Positions 52,722-62,901 of a stretch of 64,000 nucleotides of DNA are shown here, in pieces. Under the pieces are notes generated by a model, which saw nothing but the letters and a program-made list of their open reading frames with translations, was not told the origin of the DNA and did no database searches. How positions within the stretch are numbered: position 1 is the stretch's first letter; each line of letters starts with the position of its first letter. This DNA is from an uncultured Thermoproteaceae archaeon. Its GTDB lineage: Archaea > Thermoproteota > Thermoprotei > Thermoproteales > Thermocladiaceae. Location of the stretch: contig CAZNTG010000006.1 in assembly GCA_964575955.1 (NCBI GenBank), positions 448,001-512,000 on the forward strand. Direction: 5' to 3'. The translations under genes and the position numbers were made by a program.

Positions 52722-53486
52722 TTAGAGTAGATTTTTAAGTAGTTGATATGCGTGTACAAATATGTTTCCAAGTAGAATATACATCACAAGACCTATAAAT
52801 ATACATGTAACATACGGTATGTAGTATAGAACGAGCACATTATCATTTCTAGATATCAATCCCTGATCTATATATCTTCTAAGTTCTTCAATAGGATCAT
52901 CATATACTATCTTTGTAATTGATTTTAAGATAAGTTTATCACCAACTCTAACACTACTAATAGCATATTTATGAGGATTTCTAAATACTTCTTCAACAGG
53001 AACACACATTGTAGATAACATATATAGAAACTTCTTAATACCTCTAAGTTCACTTTTCTCTCTACACTTATTAAAATTCTTAATATTGTTCAAAAGTACG
53101 TATAGTGTGTATCCCAGTATTGGTATTGATGTGTTACATATAACTGCTATAGTTGGTATATTCATAACTATATTAAACATACTATTCAATTTTTCTAATT
53201 TTGGTAAACATGCTATTGATAGTAATGCAATAGCTTTAATATCTGCACCACCAGTTATATTAAATATATAGCATAGTAATGCTACTACACCTCCAACAAT
53301 TATACTTGCAATATATTGAACTAGTAGTTTAGTACTGTTAATAATTATTAATATTGTCATTATTGTTGGTATTATTGTAAATATCCAAACTTTATCAGGT
53401 ATTATTCTAGTTTTAAAATCCATATATGCAGCTACTCCAAATATTGAGACTAGTGTAGTATATGATAGTAGCTCTAGCAAATTCAC
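52722..53486 (-). CDS. Prepilin/prearchaellin peptidase (A24)
   Basis: YMDFKTR.IPD, GGADIK, IPYV. Confidence 0.85.
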   Translation of the reverse strand: MNLLELLSYTTLVSIFGVAAYMDFKTRIIPDKVWIFTIIPTIMTILIIINSTKLLVQYIASIIVGGVVALLCYIFNITGGADIKAIALLSIACLPKLEKLNSMFNIVMNIPTIAVICNTSIPILGYTLYVLLNNIKNFNKCREKSELRGIKKFLYMLSTMCVPVEEVFRNPHKYAISSVRVGDKLILKSITKIVYDDPIEELRRYIDQGLISRNDNVLVLYYIPYVTCIFIGLVMYILLGNIFVHAYQLLKNLL

Positions 53487-53531
53487 AATTTATCGTAATC
53501 TAAAATAGCTCATAGAGAATTAATATATTCT

Positions 53532-54221
53532 ATGGATGTTGAAGTTGTTATTGACAGTGAAGTACATAGTCTAGGAGTATATGTACTCTATTTCACAGCT
53601 AGAGATCTAGTGCAGAAGTATGATGAAGAACTTCTAAAATATATAGATGAATGTGTTAGATATGTTAAATCTAATTTAGATATAAACAAGTTGAAAGATA
53701 GTCCGTTCATAAGACCATTTAGAGATCTCTACTGGAAATTAGGTATTGATCCAACTAAAGTTAGACCAGCTCATGAAGCATTAATTAGGAGAATATTGAG
53801 AGGATCTGAATTACCTAAAATAAACCCTGTAGTAGATTTAGGAAATGCTGTAAGTATAAGATACATGTTGCCAATCGGAATATATGATCTAGACAGGTTA
53901 GGAAGTTCTAAACTTATCTTAAGAAAAGCTAGAGATGGAGAAGAAGTAAATCTTCTAGGTTCAGAAAAACCTGTAAAACTTGACAACAGGTACATAGTCT
54001 TAGCTACAGAGAGTGGAAAGATTGTACATGTATATCCTCACAGAGATTGTCAAGAAACCTCAGTAACTGAAAATACTAAAAACATACTATGTATTGTAGG
54101 ATCTGTAAAACCAATACAGGAAAAATATGTACATCAAGCAACTAGTGAACTTAGAGATAAGATAACTACATTCTTCAAACCTCAAAAAATATCTGATATA
54201 AACATAGCGAAAGGTATATAA
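53532..54221 (+). CDS. B3/4-domain (PheRS beta-like) protein
   Basis: LGIDPTKVRPAHEAL.RR, INPVVD.GN.VS, YPHRD. Confidence 0.88.
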   Translation: MDVEVVIDSEVHSLGVYVLYFTARDLVQKYDEELLKYIDECVRYVKSNLDINKLKDSPFIRPFRDLYWKLGIDPTKVRPAHEALIRRILRGSELPKINPVVDLGNAVSIRYMLPIGIYDLDRLGSSKLILRKARDGEEVNLLGSEKPVKLDNRYIVLATESGKIVHVYPHRDCQETSVTENTKNILCIVGSVKPIQEKYVHQATSELRDKITTFFKPQKISDINIAKGI

Positions 54222-54253
54222 ACACACCCAGAACAGATCTCTCTAGAAATAAA

Positions 54254-54311
54254 GCCGCGGACCGCCCGAAACAGACCCGCCGACCCCGGTTCGAATCCGG
54301 GCCCGGCTACC
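54254..54311 (+). tRNA. Isolated 3' half of tRNA-Gln with GC-rich leader (candidate split tRNA)
   Basis: A38-CCCGC-CGAC-CCCGG-TTCGAAT-CCGGG-CCCGGCT-A73-CC at 54275-54311; no 5' half adjacent; BRE/TATA CGAAAGGTATATAAAC at about 54208-54223. Confidence 0.75.
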
Positions 54312-54337
54312 TTAACAACTTCTACCTTATGCATACC

Positions 54338-55669
54338 CTATATCGAGACTAGTATTAGCAGTATCTTGTATATTGCATATATTATTGATATCAGTAGTGT
54401 TAATCCTAAGATTCTTATGAATAGTTTAGCTGTCTCTTTTGTAAATAGTGTTGTATATGTTAAACTTGTAATTGATATATTGTATATTGTTCTAGCATAG
54501 TTTAATGCTAAACTTCTAGGCACTATTGCAACTTCAGGTATTGCTATTAGTACTATAGATAGTGTTAATCCTCCAATTCCTGTAGCTATTAGAAATAGTA
54601 TGTAGTAATTTTTCAATAACATAGATATTATTGATGCAATTAGTGTTCCAACTTCATAACCAATTTGTGATAATGCTGAAACTCTCAATGTTCCAAGTTC
54701 TGTAACATATGTTGAGTATATTGCAGTTATCAGTATAAAACCACCCATTGTACAGGTTGAAAATATGAAGTATAGTAGTGGTTGAATATATACACTACTT
54801 ATCAATATTGGTAAGCATGTTGATAATACTAAAATTACTAGAGATATTCTACATAGATTATTACTTCTCCATACTAATGATCCTACTATAGTTCCTACAG
54901 ATCCTGATATTGCTATTATTGTTGCATATATTTGAGAAGCTTTTAATATAGATTTCATATATGGTATCCATATCATATATATCAAGTTTATACAAGAGCA
55001 GAATAGTATGTAGAACAGTAGAGATGTAACTTTACCAATCTCAACTTCAAACCTTACAGTAGATATTTGAACTGTTGATATTATAGGCTTAAATTCTGCT
55101 ATTAATAATACTGAGGTTCCAATAAGACCTACAAAACCTGAAAGTAGGTATAGGTATGTATATACTATAAGATTTCCATGAAATATCCATATTGTAATTA
55201 TTGATAGTAATATTCCAATTATAGATGTTGCAGATCCTATAGCAAATCTTTTAGATACAATATCTACAATATCTCTACCTGTAAATGATGAATATATTAA
55301 GTAGTTTAGAAATATACCTACAGGAGTTGTTATGAACATTGCAATACATGCAATGCAGATTTCAACAATTTTAAAATATATGAATAATGGTAATATCATC
55401 CAGAATATTCTCTCAAGACCATGACATACTATTGTCAATATTCTCAATATGTTATGTGAAAATGTTCCTCTCTTATAGATATATACTGCATATATTGTAG
55501 ATGCTATAGCTTGTATGAGAAATATTATTGATATTAATGTTAAATTATAACCTGCATAGCTTAACATTATTATGAAGAAACTTCTAGTAATAGCAACATA
55601 GAAACCTCCAGTACCTGCCTCAACTATTAAACTCAACTTTGGACCTATACTACGCATAGATATGAGCAC
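54338..55669 (-). CDS. MFS-like membrane transporter
   Basis: 12-13 hydrophobic segments. Confidence 0.7.
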   Translation of the reverse strand: MLISMRSIGPKLSLIVEAGTGGFYVAITRSFFIIMLSYAGYNLTLISIIFLIQAIASTIYAVYIYKRGTFSHNILRILTIVCHGLERIFWMILPLFIYFKIVEICIACIAMFITTPVGIFLNYLIYSSFTGRDIVDIVSKRFAIGSATSIIGILLSIITIWIFHGNLIVYTYLYLLSGFVGLIGTSVLLIAEFKPIISTVQISTVRFEVEIGKVTSLLFYILFCSCINLIYMIWIPYMKSILKASQIYATIIAISGSVGTIVGSLVWRSNNLCRISLVILVLSTCLPILISSVYIQPLLYFIFSTCTMGGFILITAIYSTYVTELGTLRVSALSQIGYEVGTLIASIISMLLKNYYILFLIATGIGGLTLSIVLIAIPEVAIVPRSLALNYARTIYNISITSLTYTTLFTKETAKLFIRILGLTLLISIIYAIYKILLILVSI

Positions 55670-55718
55670 TATATGCTAAATGCAAACGCTTATTAAGCCT
55701 AGTTTATGAAGTTCTACA

Positions 55719-56252
55719 ATGCCACTAAGACCAGGAAGGTGTTATAGATATTTCAGTGGACCACCATACACTAGGATTGAGTATATACATGGAGCACCAT
55801 ATGTACAGATACCAAAATTTGATATGGGTGCTACAAGTGCTGCTGCTAGAGCAAGATTTGACACAGTTGTAAAACTTGTAGCTGAGGAGATAGGTCAGAT
55901 AAGGATGAATGCTCTAGAAGCTGCAAGACAGATGGCGTTTAAGTATTTAAACAAGGTTCTAGGTCAAGAAAACTTTTATCTAAGAATTAACGTATATCCA
56001 TTCCACGTTCTTAGAGAGAATAAGATGTTAGCAATGGCAGGTGCTGACAGACTTCAGGAAGGTATGAGATTAGCATTTGGAACACCTGTAGGTAGAGCTG
56101 TGAGAGTTGAAAGACCTGGAACAATAATAATGTTTGTAGAAGTCGAGGAGAAAAATGTTGAACATGCAAAAGAAGCTTTGAGAAGAGCTAAATCTAAACT
56201 ATCAATACCGTGCAGAATAGTTGTTGAGAAGAAAAACATGAACAATAAGTAA
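55719..56252 (+). CDS. rpl10e: 50S ribosomal protein L10e/uL16
   Basis: RPGRCYR, ALEAAR, RENKM...GADRLQEGMRLAFG. Confidence 0.97.
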   Translation: MPLRPGRCYRYFSGPPYTRIEYIHGAPYVQIPKFDMGATSAAARARFDTVVKLVAEEIGQIRMNALEAARQMAFKYLNKVLGQENFYLRINVYPFHVLRENKMLAMAGADRLQEGMRLAFGTPVGRAVRVERPGTIIMFVEVEEKNVEHAKEALRRAKSKLSIPCRIVVEKKNMNNK

Positions 56253-56324
56253 GACAGTTCCGATAGTTTTAAATTAGTAACACCTCTACCATATCTCTAG
56301 AAGAATATAGATAGGTGAAGTATA

Positions 56325-57110
56325 ATGTGGAATGGAGTAGATACAAGACAGCTATATAGAGATAGAGTAGAGGTTGCAATAGATCTATGGGATAAAGTAC
56401 TTAGAGGACAAATAACTAGCAGATCTCAACTTGAAGAACAGCTATATGTTGAATATAAGAGGAGAGGTATAGAACCATTTAGAGGATTTAGTAAAATAAA
56501 GATATACGATAAGGAGATTGCAACAATATTCGTAATTGGGAGATATGGTCTAGGACTTGATGACGATATTATAGAATCTACAAAACACATATTCAATGTA
56601 GAGTATAGATGTGATAGAGCGTACAGATTATTGAAGAGATATGACTTTGATGTATATAACAATCCTGAACTTAAAGATACAATAAGAGAATTAATAAACG
56701 TTCCAGAGTTAGGATATGGACTTGAAGATAGAGTATTTAGACTTATGAGATATGTATTCACAGGGACATTACTAACATTCTTTCCAGAAGAAGATTTTGT
56801 ACAAACCTACAGAGCATTACAGGAAGTGTTTACAGAACTTAAAGACATATTGATAAGATATGTAAAATTCTACGTAGCTTTTAAGATAGCTGAAGGTATA
56901 GTTCTCGGTCAAATAGCTGATCCATCAGAGAGAAAGATATACAAATATGTCTACTGTGTTAAACTAAACGTTCAAAAGTGTGCACCATCAGACAGATTAA
57001 TTAGAGAAGTTGCATTGAGAGTATATAAGGTACCTAAGAGAGTAGTTGATAGATTATTTGCTGATCTATCACAAGGTTCTAGTAATATACCAACTGCAAG
57101 TTCAAAGTAG
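56325..57110 (+). CDS. DUF2192-like crenarchaeal protein
   Basis: IEPFRG...IYDKEIATIFVIGRYGLGL. Confidence 0.65.
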   Translation: MWNGVDTRQLYRDRVEVAIDLWDKVLRGQITSRSQLEEQLYVEYKRRGIEPFRGFSKIKIYDKEIATIFVIGRYGLGLDDDIIESTKHIFNVEYRCDRAYRLLKRYDFDVYNNPELKDTIRELINVPELGYGLEDRVFRLMRYVFTGTLLTFFPEEDFVQTYRALQEVFTELKDILIRYVKFYVAFKIAEGIVLGQIADPSERKIYKYVYCVKLNVQKCAPSDRLIREVALRVYKVPKRVVDRLFADLSQGSSNIPTASSK

Positions 57111-57120
57111 TATAAATTTT

Positions 57121-58185
57121 TCAAATCTCTTTCTCAAGTATGTATATTGTAGATATCATACCACCCTGTTCAACAAATCTCCTACCTATAATACGAAATT
57201 TCAATCTTCTTAATATCTTATCAACAATACCTCTTCTAGAAGTTATGAATACAACTCTACTTCCAACATCAATAATATTGTAAAATTCATTAAGAATCTT
57301 ACTATAGAATCTATCTAATTTATCTATTGGCTCCATCCTGACTCCATATGGAGGATTTGTAACTATTCCATCACAACTCTTTATAAATTTACTCAATCTT
57401 GTAGAGTCTGAACATATTATACAACATCTATCATATATATCAGCTTCTCTTATGTTCATTATTGATCCTAGACAATTTCTATAGTCTATATCAGTTCCAA
57501 TATATGTAGAATTTCTATAGTAGTTTAAACCTTCTATAATTATAGTTCCAGAACCACATAGTGGATCTAGTAGTAGATATCTACCGTCTGGATCATAGTC
57601 TAGAAGTACGTTCATAGCATATGCAAGTGGTGGATTTATTGTTGCTTCATGATGATATACTCTATATGGTCTATGTCTTAGAGATCTTCTAACAATTTCT
57701 ATCGATAGTATGTATCTATTTCCAATTATGTCAAACTCTATAACTACGTCAGGATTTTCTAAATCAACTATAGGTATGTAACCTCTAGTTCTCTTAACAT
57801 ATTGTCTAACATATTCTCCAAATATTTTCATAATATCCATACTTGTGAAGTTGTGATTACCTGCACGTACAGATCTTACTGCAAATGTTGTATTATGTGT
57901 TAGATATTTTACCACATCTTCAATATCTATACTATGTATTAGCTTTTCTAAATCTTCAATATTTTTACCTTCAAAAATTCCATAGTTTATAACTATGTAT
58001 GCTTTCTCTATACTTCTCATCTTTCTTATAAAGTTTAGAGATTTACATTCTAAATCTACAATAATTCTACCCCCAAGTTCTGATATACCAATCTTTTCCC
58101 AACTTCTAACGTTTATATTCATTCTATCTAATTCTCTAATAACTACATCTTCAATTCCTGGCACTGTTGTGAACATTAACTTCAT
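57121..58185 (-). CDS. THUMP-domain tRNA guanine-N2 methyltransferase (Trm14-like)
   Basis: TTVPGIED, THUMP, DPLCGSGTI, TNPPYG. Confidence 0.88.
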   Translation of the reverse strand: MKLMFTTVPGIEDVVIRELDRMNINVRSWEKIGISELGGRIIVDLECKSLNFIRKMRSIEKAYIVINYGIFEGKNIEDLEKLIHSIDIEDVVKYLTHNTTFAVRSVRAGNHNFTSMDIMKIFGEYVRQYVKRTRGYIPIVDLENPDVVIEFDIIGNRYILSIEIVRRSLRHRPYRVYHHEATINPPLAYAMNVLLDYDPDGRYLLLDPLCGSGTIIIEGLNYYRNSTYIGTDIDYRNCLGSIMNIREADIYDRCCIICSDSTRLSKFIKSCDGIVTNPPYGVRMEPIDKLDRFYSKILNEFYNIIDVGSRVVFITSRRGIVDKILRRLKFRIIGRRFVEQGGMISTIYILEKEI

Positions 58186-58257
58186 AAAATTTTCTATAGT
58201 CCTAACATCGACACGTATTTATAAACCTCCTATTCACTATTTTAGCCGACGAAAGAG

Positions 58258-59844
58258 ATGAGTCTTGAGAGGAGTGTAGATCTGTATATTCCGGATAGTA
58301 CAGTATTCCTAGATGGTAGTTTGAAAGAGCTCATACTTAAGGGTAGTATTCGTGGTAAGGTTCTGATACATACCATCATAGTTAGGAAGTTTGAGAGTGA
58401 GTATAGGAGAGGTAGTGCACTTGGTCTTCTTGGAATTAAAGAGCTTGAAGATATTATGACTAGTGTTAAGAAGCTTGGCTTAGAAGATTATGTTAAGCTA
58501 GATTTCATATCTGAACTACCTAAAGGATATAGAATTGATGATGTTGATAAGGCTGACGAGATTTGTAGAGAACTTGCTAGAGAGTGGAATGCCATCTTAG
58601 TAACTAGTGAAGAGATGGCATACCTAATATGTACAGCTACAGGAACTAGATGTATATATACTGGTAAGCAGAAAAGGTTAGAATTTGAAAAATATTTCGA
58701 TAAACATACACTATCTGTACATTTGAAAGAAGGATGTGTACCATATGCTAAACGTGGAACACCTGGTAATTGGGCTCTAGTTCCTGTTGGTGAGAATGTA
58801 CTAACTAGAGAATACTTGGAGAGACTTGTTAGAGAGATTGTAAGTTCAAGTTTTAAGATTGAACCACTATGTAGACTTGAGATATGTAGAGAACATTCAA
58901 TTGTTGCTCAATGCGGTGAATATAGAGTTGTGATTGCAATGCCTCCAGTATCTGATGGTATTGAGATAACAATTGCAAAACCTGTAATTAGAAAGAGACT
59001 TGAAGACTATAATCTACATCCAAAGATATTTGAGAGATTGAACCAGGCTGAGGGTATTGTAATTGCAGGACAGCCAGGTGCTGGTAAGACAACATTTGCA
59101 CAAGCATTAGCAGAGTACTATATGAGACTTGGAAAGGTGGTTAAGACTATTGAAAGTCCTAGAGATATGGTTCTTCCAAATGAGATAACACAATATTCAA
59201 AAACCTACGCAACATCTGAAGAACTTCACGATCTACTACTACTATCTAGACCTGACTTCACAATATTTGACGAGATGAGAGATACTGCAGACTTTCAACT
59301 ATATATAGATCTGAGATTAGCAGGTGTTGGTATGGTAGGTGTTGTACATGCAACATCACCAATAGATGCAATTCAGAGATTCGTACATAGAGTAGATCTT
59401 GGACTACTACCATCAATAGTTGATACTGTGATATTTATGAGAAATGGAGAAGTTGAAAAAGTGTATGCACTTGAGATGGTTGTTAAAGTACCTGAAGGAT
59501 TAAGAGAAGAAGATCTTGCAAGACCTGTAGTTGTTGTTCGCGATTTCATAACTGGAGAACCTGAATATGAAATATACGTATTTGGTGAAGAGAAGTTCAT
59601 AGTACCTCTAAAGAAGACACTACCACCTAGAACAGCAATCGATAGAAAGGTTATGACACGTATTGTAAGAGCATTGAGAAAATACATACCGCCAAACGAG
59701 ATTAGAATTGAAAAAGCTGCAGATAATGTGTATATAGTTAAGATACCCGAAAGCTATATGGGTATAGCAATATCTAGAGGATTACCAAAAATTGAAGCAT
59801 TGAAAAGGAAGTTTAACGTTGATATTAGAGTAGAGCCTAGGTAG
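58258..59844 (+). CDS. PIN-domain ATPase (PINA) with KH-like C-terminus
   Basis: PDSTV PIN N-terminus, GQPGAGKTT, ESPRD, DEMR, GVVHA. Confidence 0.9.
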   Translation: MSLERSVDLYIPDSTVFLDGSLKELILKGSIRGKVLIHTIIVRKFESEYRRGSALGLLGIKELEDIMTSVKKLGLEDYVKLDFISELPKGYRIDDVDKADEICRELAREWNAILVTSEEMAYLICTATGTRCIYTGKQKRLEFEKYFDKHTLSVHLKEGCVPYAKRGTPGNWALVPVGENVLTREYLERLVREIVSSSFKIEPLCRLEICREHSIVAQCGEYRVVIAMPPVSDGIEITIAKPVIRKRLEDYNLHPKIFERLNQAEGIVIAGQPGAGKTTFAQALAEYYMRLGKVVKTIESPRDMVLPNEITQYSKTYATSEELHDLLLLSRPDFTIFDEMRDTADFQLYIDLRLAGVGMVGVVHATSPIDAIQRFVHRVDLGLLPSIVDTVIFMRNGEVEKVYALEMVVKVPEGLREEDLARPVVVVRDFITGEPEYEIYVFGEEKFIVPLKKTLPPRTAIDRKVMTRIVRALRKYIPPNEIRIEKAADNVYIVKIPESYMGIAISRGLPKIEALKRKFNVDIRVEPR

Positions 59845-59909
59845 TGATTTCTATCCTACGAGCAAAAATTATATAGGAGTCTGCATGGTTAAAAATCACT
59901 TGATTAGTC

Positions 59910-60959
59910 ATGAGTATATTTGATAAATTGAGAAGGAGGAAGAGAGAAGAACAGGTACAGTATGTAGCACCTCCACCACAGTACTACTACACACAGCCAT
60001 ATCAATATCCACAGCATCAGTATGTAAATATTCCACAAGAATCTACACAATCATCAGGTCAGGTACAGACACCATATTATGAATATGCAAATCCATATCA
60101 AACATCAATTCCTCAATATCAAGTACCTGTAAATGTTCCATACCAACCTGAAGTACCACCAACACCATATGTGTACTATGATGCTAATAAGGCATGTACG
60201 GGAGTTTATGGTCTAGATATTCAACTACAGGGTGGATTTAGGAGAGGTGAAATATATCTAATAGCTGGAGAAGCAGGAATGGGTAAGACAATATTTGCAT
60301 TACAATTTCTAAAGACTGGAGCTGATAGAGGTGAGGTAGGAATATACATAACGGTTGATGAACCATCAGAAGATGTTAAGAGAGGTGTTAAAGAATCTCT
60401 AGGATGGGATTTAGAACAGTATGAAAATGCTGGAAAGTTAATATTCTTAGACTTCCGTACACATTTTAGAGTATATAATAGAGAGTCAAACATAACATTA
60501 GACCCTAGAGAGCTTGCAAAGATAATTATAGACTACATAAAGAGGTATAATGCTAAGAGACTTGTAATTGATCCAATAGCACCACTAATAATAACAAGTC
60601 ACCATGACATACTGTGGGTTAGAGAATATCTTAGAGAGCTAGTATTTCAACTTAAGAAGTTTAAAGATGTAACAACAGTATTAACATCTGAAATACCTAC
60701 AGGAGAGGAGAAGAAGATTAGTAGATTTGGAGTTGAAGAATATCTTGCAAGTGGTGTAATTGTACTTACACTAGAGGAATACTATGGAAGACTTATGAGA
60801 GTCATGTTTATTAGAAAGATGAGATGGACACCTATAAACCCTGTAAAACTAGTATTCGAGATTAGGTATAATGAAGGTATAGTAGTTTTGAGAAGACTTG
60901 ATGAATATCTTCAAGAACTTTCAAAACAGTATGGAAAACCTGTAAGACATATATGGTGA
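59910..60959 (+). CDS. KaiC/RAD55-like ATPase with Q/P/Y-rich N-terminal extension
   Basis: TGVYGLD...GG, GEAGMGKT, RLVIDP, EEYLASGVI, IRKMR. Confidence 0.88.
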   Translation: MSIFDKLRRRKREEQVQYVAPPPQYYYTQPYQYPQHQYVNIPQESTQSSGQVQTPYYEYANPYQTSIPQYQVPVNVPYQPEVPPTPYVYYDANKACTGVYGLDIQLQGGFRRGEIYLIAGEAGMGKTIFALQFLKTGADRGEVGIYITVDEPSEDVKRGVKESLGWDLEQYENAGKLIFLDFRTHFRVYNRESNITLDPRELAKIIIDYIKRYNAKRLVIDPIAPLIITSHHDILWVREYLRELVFQLKKFKDVTTVLTSEIPTGEEKKISRFGVEEYLASGVIVLTLEEYYGRLMRVMFIRKMRWTPINPVKLVFEIRYNEGIVVLRRLDEYLQELSKQYGKPVRHIW

Positions 60960-60963
60960 CCTT

Positions 60964-62349
60964 ATGAAAACATTAATAGAGTCTTTCTCAAAGATAGTAT
61001 CAAAGATTAGAGGACTAGTATACATTGATGAGGAAACTCTAAAAGAGATATTAAAAGATATTCAAAGAGCATTATTGAAAGCTGATGTAAGTGTTGAAAT
61101 AGTGTACAATCTTACTAAAAATATTGAGAAGAAGTTTAAAGAATCTAAAATACCTAGTGGTGTATCTCCAAAAGACTATCTAATATACATCATATATAAT
61201 GAGATGATTAACATACTTGGTGGTGATAATCCACCTCAAGTTGACATACCTAGAAGACCGTACAAGCTAATGCTTGTAGGTATTGAAGGTTGTGGTAAAA
61301 CTACAACAGCTGCAAAATTAGCATACTTCTACACTAGGAAGAAATTGAAGGTTGGACTTATACAGACAGACATTCATAGACCTGGTGCAAAAGATCAACT
61401 TAAACAACTAGCAGATAGGATAGGTGTACCATTCTATGGCGATCCCGGTCATCATGATCCTGTTAAGATTGGTCTTGAGGGAATTGAAAATATGTTAAAG
61501 CTTGGTGTTGATCTCATAATTATAGATACTGCAGGTAGACATAAGAGTGAGCAAGAGCTTATGGATGAGATAAAGAGACTTTACGAAGCATTAAAACCTG
61601 ATGAGGTCATGTTAGTGATTGATGCAACATCAGGTAAGCAAGCTGCAGCACAGGCAGAAGCATTTATGAAGTATGTACCTATACACTCCATATTTATAAC
61701 AAAGATGGACAGTACTGCACGTGGTGGAGGTGCTCTAATGTCTGTAATAAAGACTGGAGCAAAAATCAAATTTATAGGTACAGGAGAAGATGTTGAAGAG
61801 ATAGAAATATTTAATCCAAGAAGGTTTGTATCTAGACTACTAGGTTTAGGAGACCTTGAAACATTGATAGAGAAGGTTAAAGCTATTGAAGAAGAAGAGA
61901 AGATTGTTAAAGAGATTGAAAAAGAGATTGAAGAAGGTAAATTAACATTACTAACATTTAAAAAACAGCTTGAAACAATAATGAAGCTAGGTCCACTAAG
62001 TAAAATTCTCGAATTACTACCAATGCAGGCATTTCCAACACAATTCATGAAAGGACTATCAGATGAACAACTACAAGCTACACAAGAGAAGATGCGTAAA
62101 TGGTATGCAATACTACAATCTATGACTAAAGAAGAACTACTAAATCCTGACATAATAGACTCTTCAAGAATTAGAAGAATTGCTAGAGGTTCAGGAACTA
62201 GTCCAAAAGATGTTAAAGAACTATTACAATACTACAACATGGTTAAGAGATTTATAACAGGTATAAAGAAGTCTAGGAAGAGATTACCTAAAAGCCTACT
62301 TAAACAATTTGATATTGACATAAGTGATCTAGAGAAAGTAGGTAAATGA
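60964..62349 (+). CDS. srp54: Signal recognition particle protein Srp54
   Basis: ALLKADV, GCGKTT, DTAGRH, TKMD, SRIRRIARGSG. Confidence 0.97.
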   Translation: MKTLIESFSKIVSKIRGLVYIDEETLKEILKDIQRALLKADVSVEIVYNLTKNIEKKFKESKIPSGVSPKDYLIYIIYNEMINILGGDNPPQVDIPRRPYKLMLVGIEGCGKTTTAAKLAYFYTRKKLKVGLIQTDIHRPGAKDQLKQLADRIGVPFYGDPGHHDPVKIGLEGIENMLKLGVDLIIIDTAGRHKSEQELMDEIKRLYEALKPDEVMLVIDATSGKQAAAQAEAFMKYVPIHSIFITKMDSTARGGGALMSVIKTGAKIKFIGTGEDVEEIEIFNPRRFVSRLLGLGDLETLIEKVKAIEEEEKIVKEIEKEIEEGKLTLLTFKKQLETIMKLGPLSKILELLPMQAFPTQFMKGLSDEQLQATQEKMRKWYAILQSMTKEELLNPDIIDSSRIRRIARGSGTSPKDVKELLQYYNMVKRFITGIKKSRKRLPKSLLKQFDIDISDLEKVGK

Positions 62350-62900
62350 TAAATATACAAGATGTTATCAATAAAGTCATAAATTACCTAATTGAAAGAG
62401 GTTTTAATATAGAGAAAGTTCGTGAAAATCTACTAAATGCAAGACAAAATAGGCTCACAGTAGGAGTATGGTTCTCAGAGAAAGATTATCTAGATTGGTA
62501 TGATCCTCTAAACATAATTGATGAACTACAATTAACAAATGTAAATGCTATAATAATTATTGCACCAAGAGCATATACAATAGCTGATGAAGTATTGCAT
62601 AGTATTGATAGAGCTAGATACTGGTATGATATTTTCATAGATACGAAAGTGTATAGTGTAGAGATATCACTAATTGATAAAAACTTAGAAGAATCTATAA
62701 ATAACATACTTACAACATATATAGACCTTGTATCAAATGTAGTAGCTAGAGGATGTAGATGCCCAAGATGTCTATCAAATATGTACATAATGTACATAAA
62801 TAAGTTTTATAGTAGAATTTTGAAGTGTAGAGTAGTTGAATACATCTATAGATGTTCAAACTGTAGTCTTAAAATTCATAGACTTGAAAGATTAGAATAG
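62346..62900 (+). CDS. Hypothetical protein with C-terminal zinc ribbon
   Basis: CPRC...CSNC; overlaps the srp54 stop. Confidence 0.65.
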   Translation: MINIQDVINKVINYLIERGFNIEKVRENLLNARQNRLTVGVWFSEKDYLDWYDPLNIIDELQLTNVNAIIIIAPRAYTIADEVLHSIDRARYWYDIFIDTKVYSVEISLIDKNLEESINNILTTYIDLVSNVVARGCRCPRCLSNMYIMYINKFYSRILKCRVVEYIYRCSNCSLKIHRLERLE

Positions 62901-62901
62901 T

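Noticed and set aside
54254-54340. Permuted or intact tRNA at the tRNA-Gln fragment
   Set aside because: No AGCCGGG 5' strand or D arm upstream or downstream, and the would-be anticodon loop lacks U33
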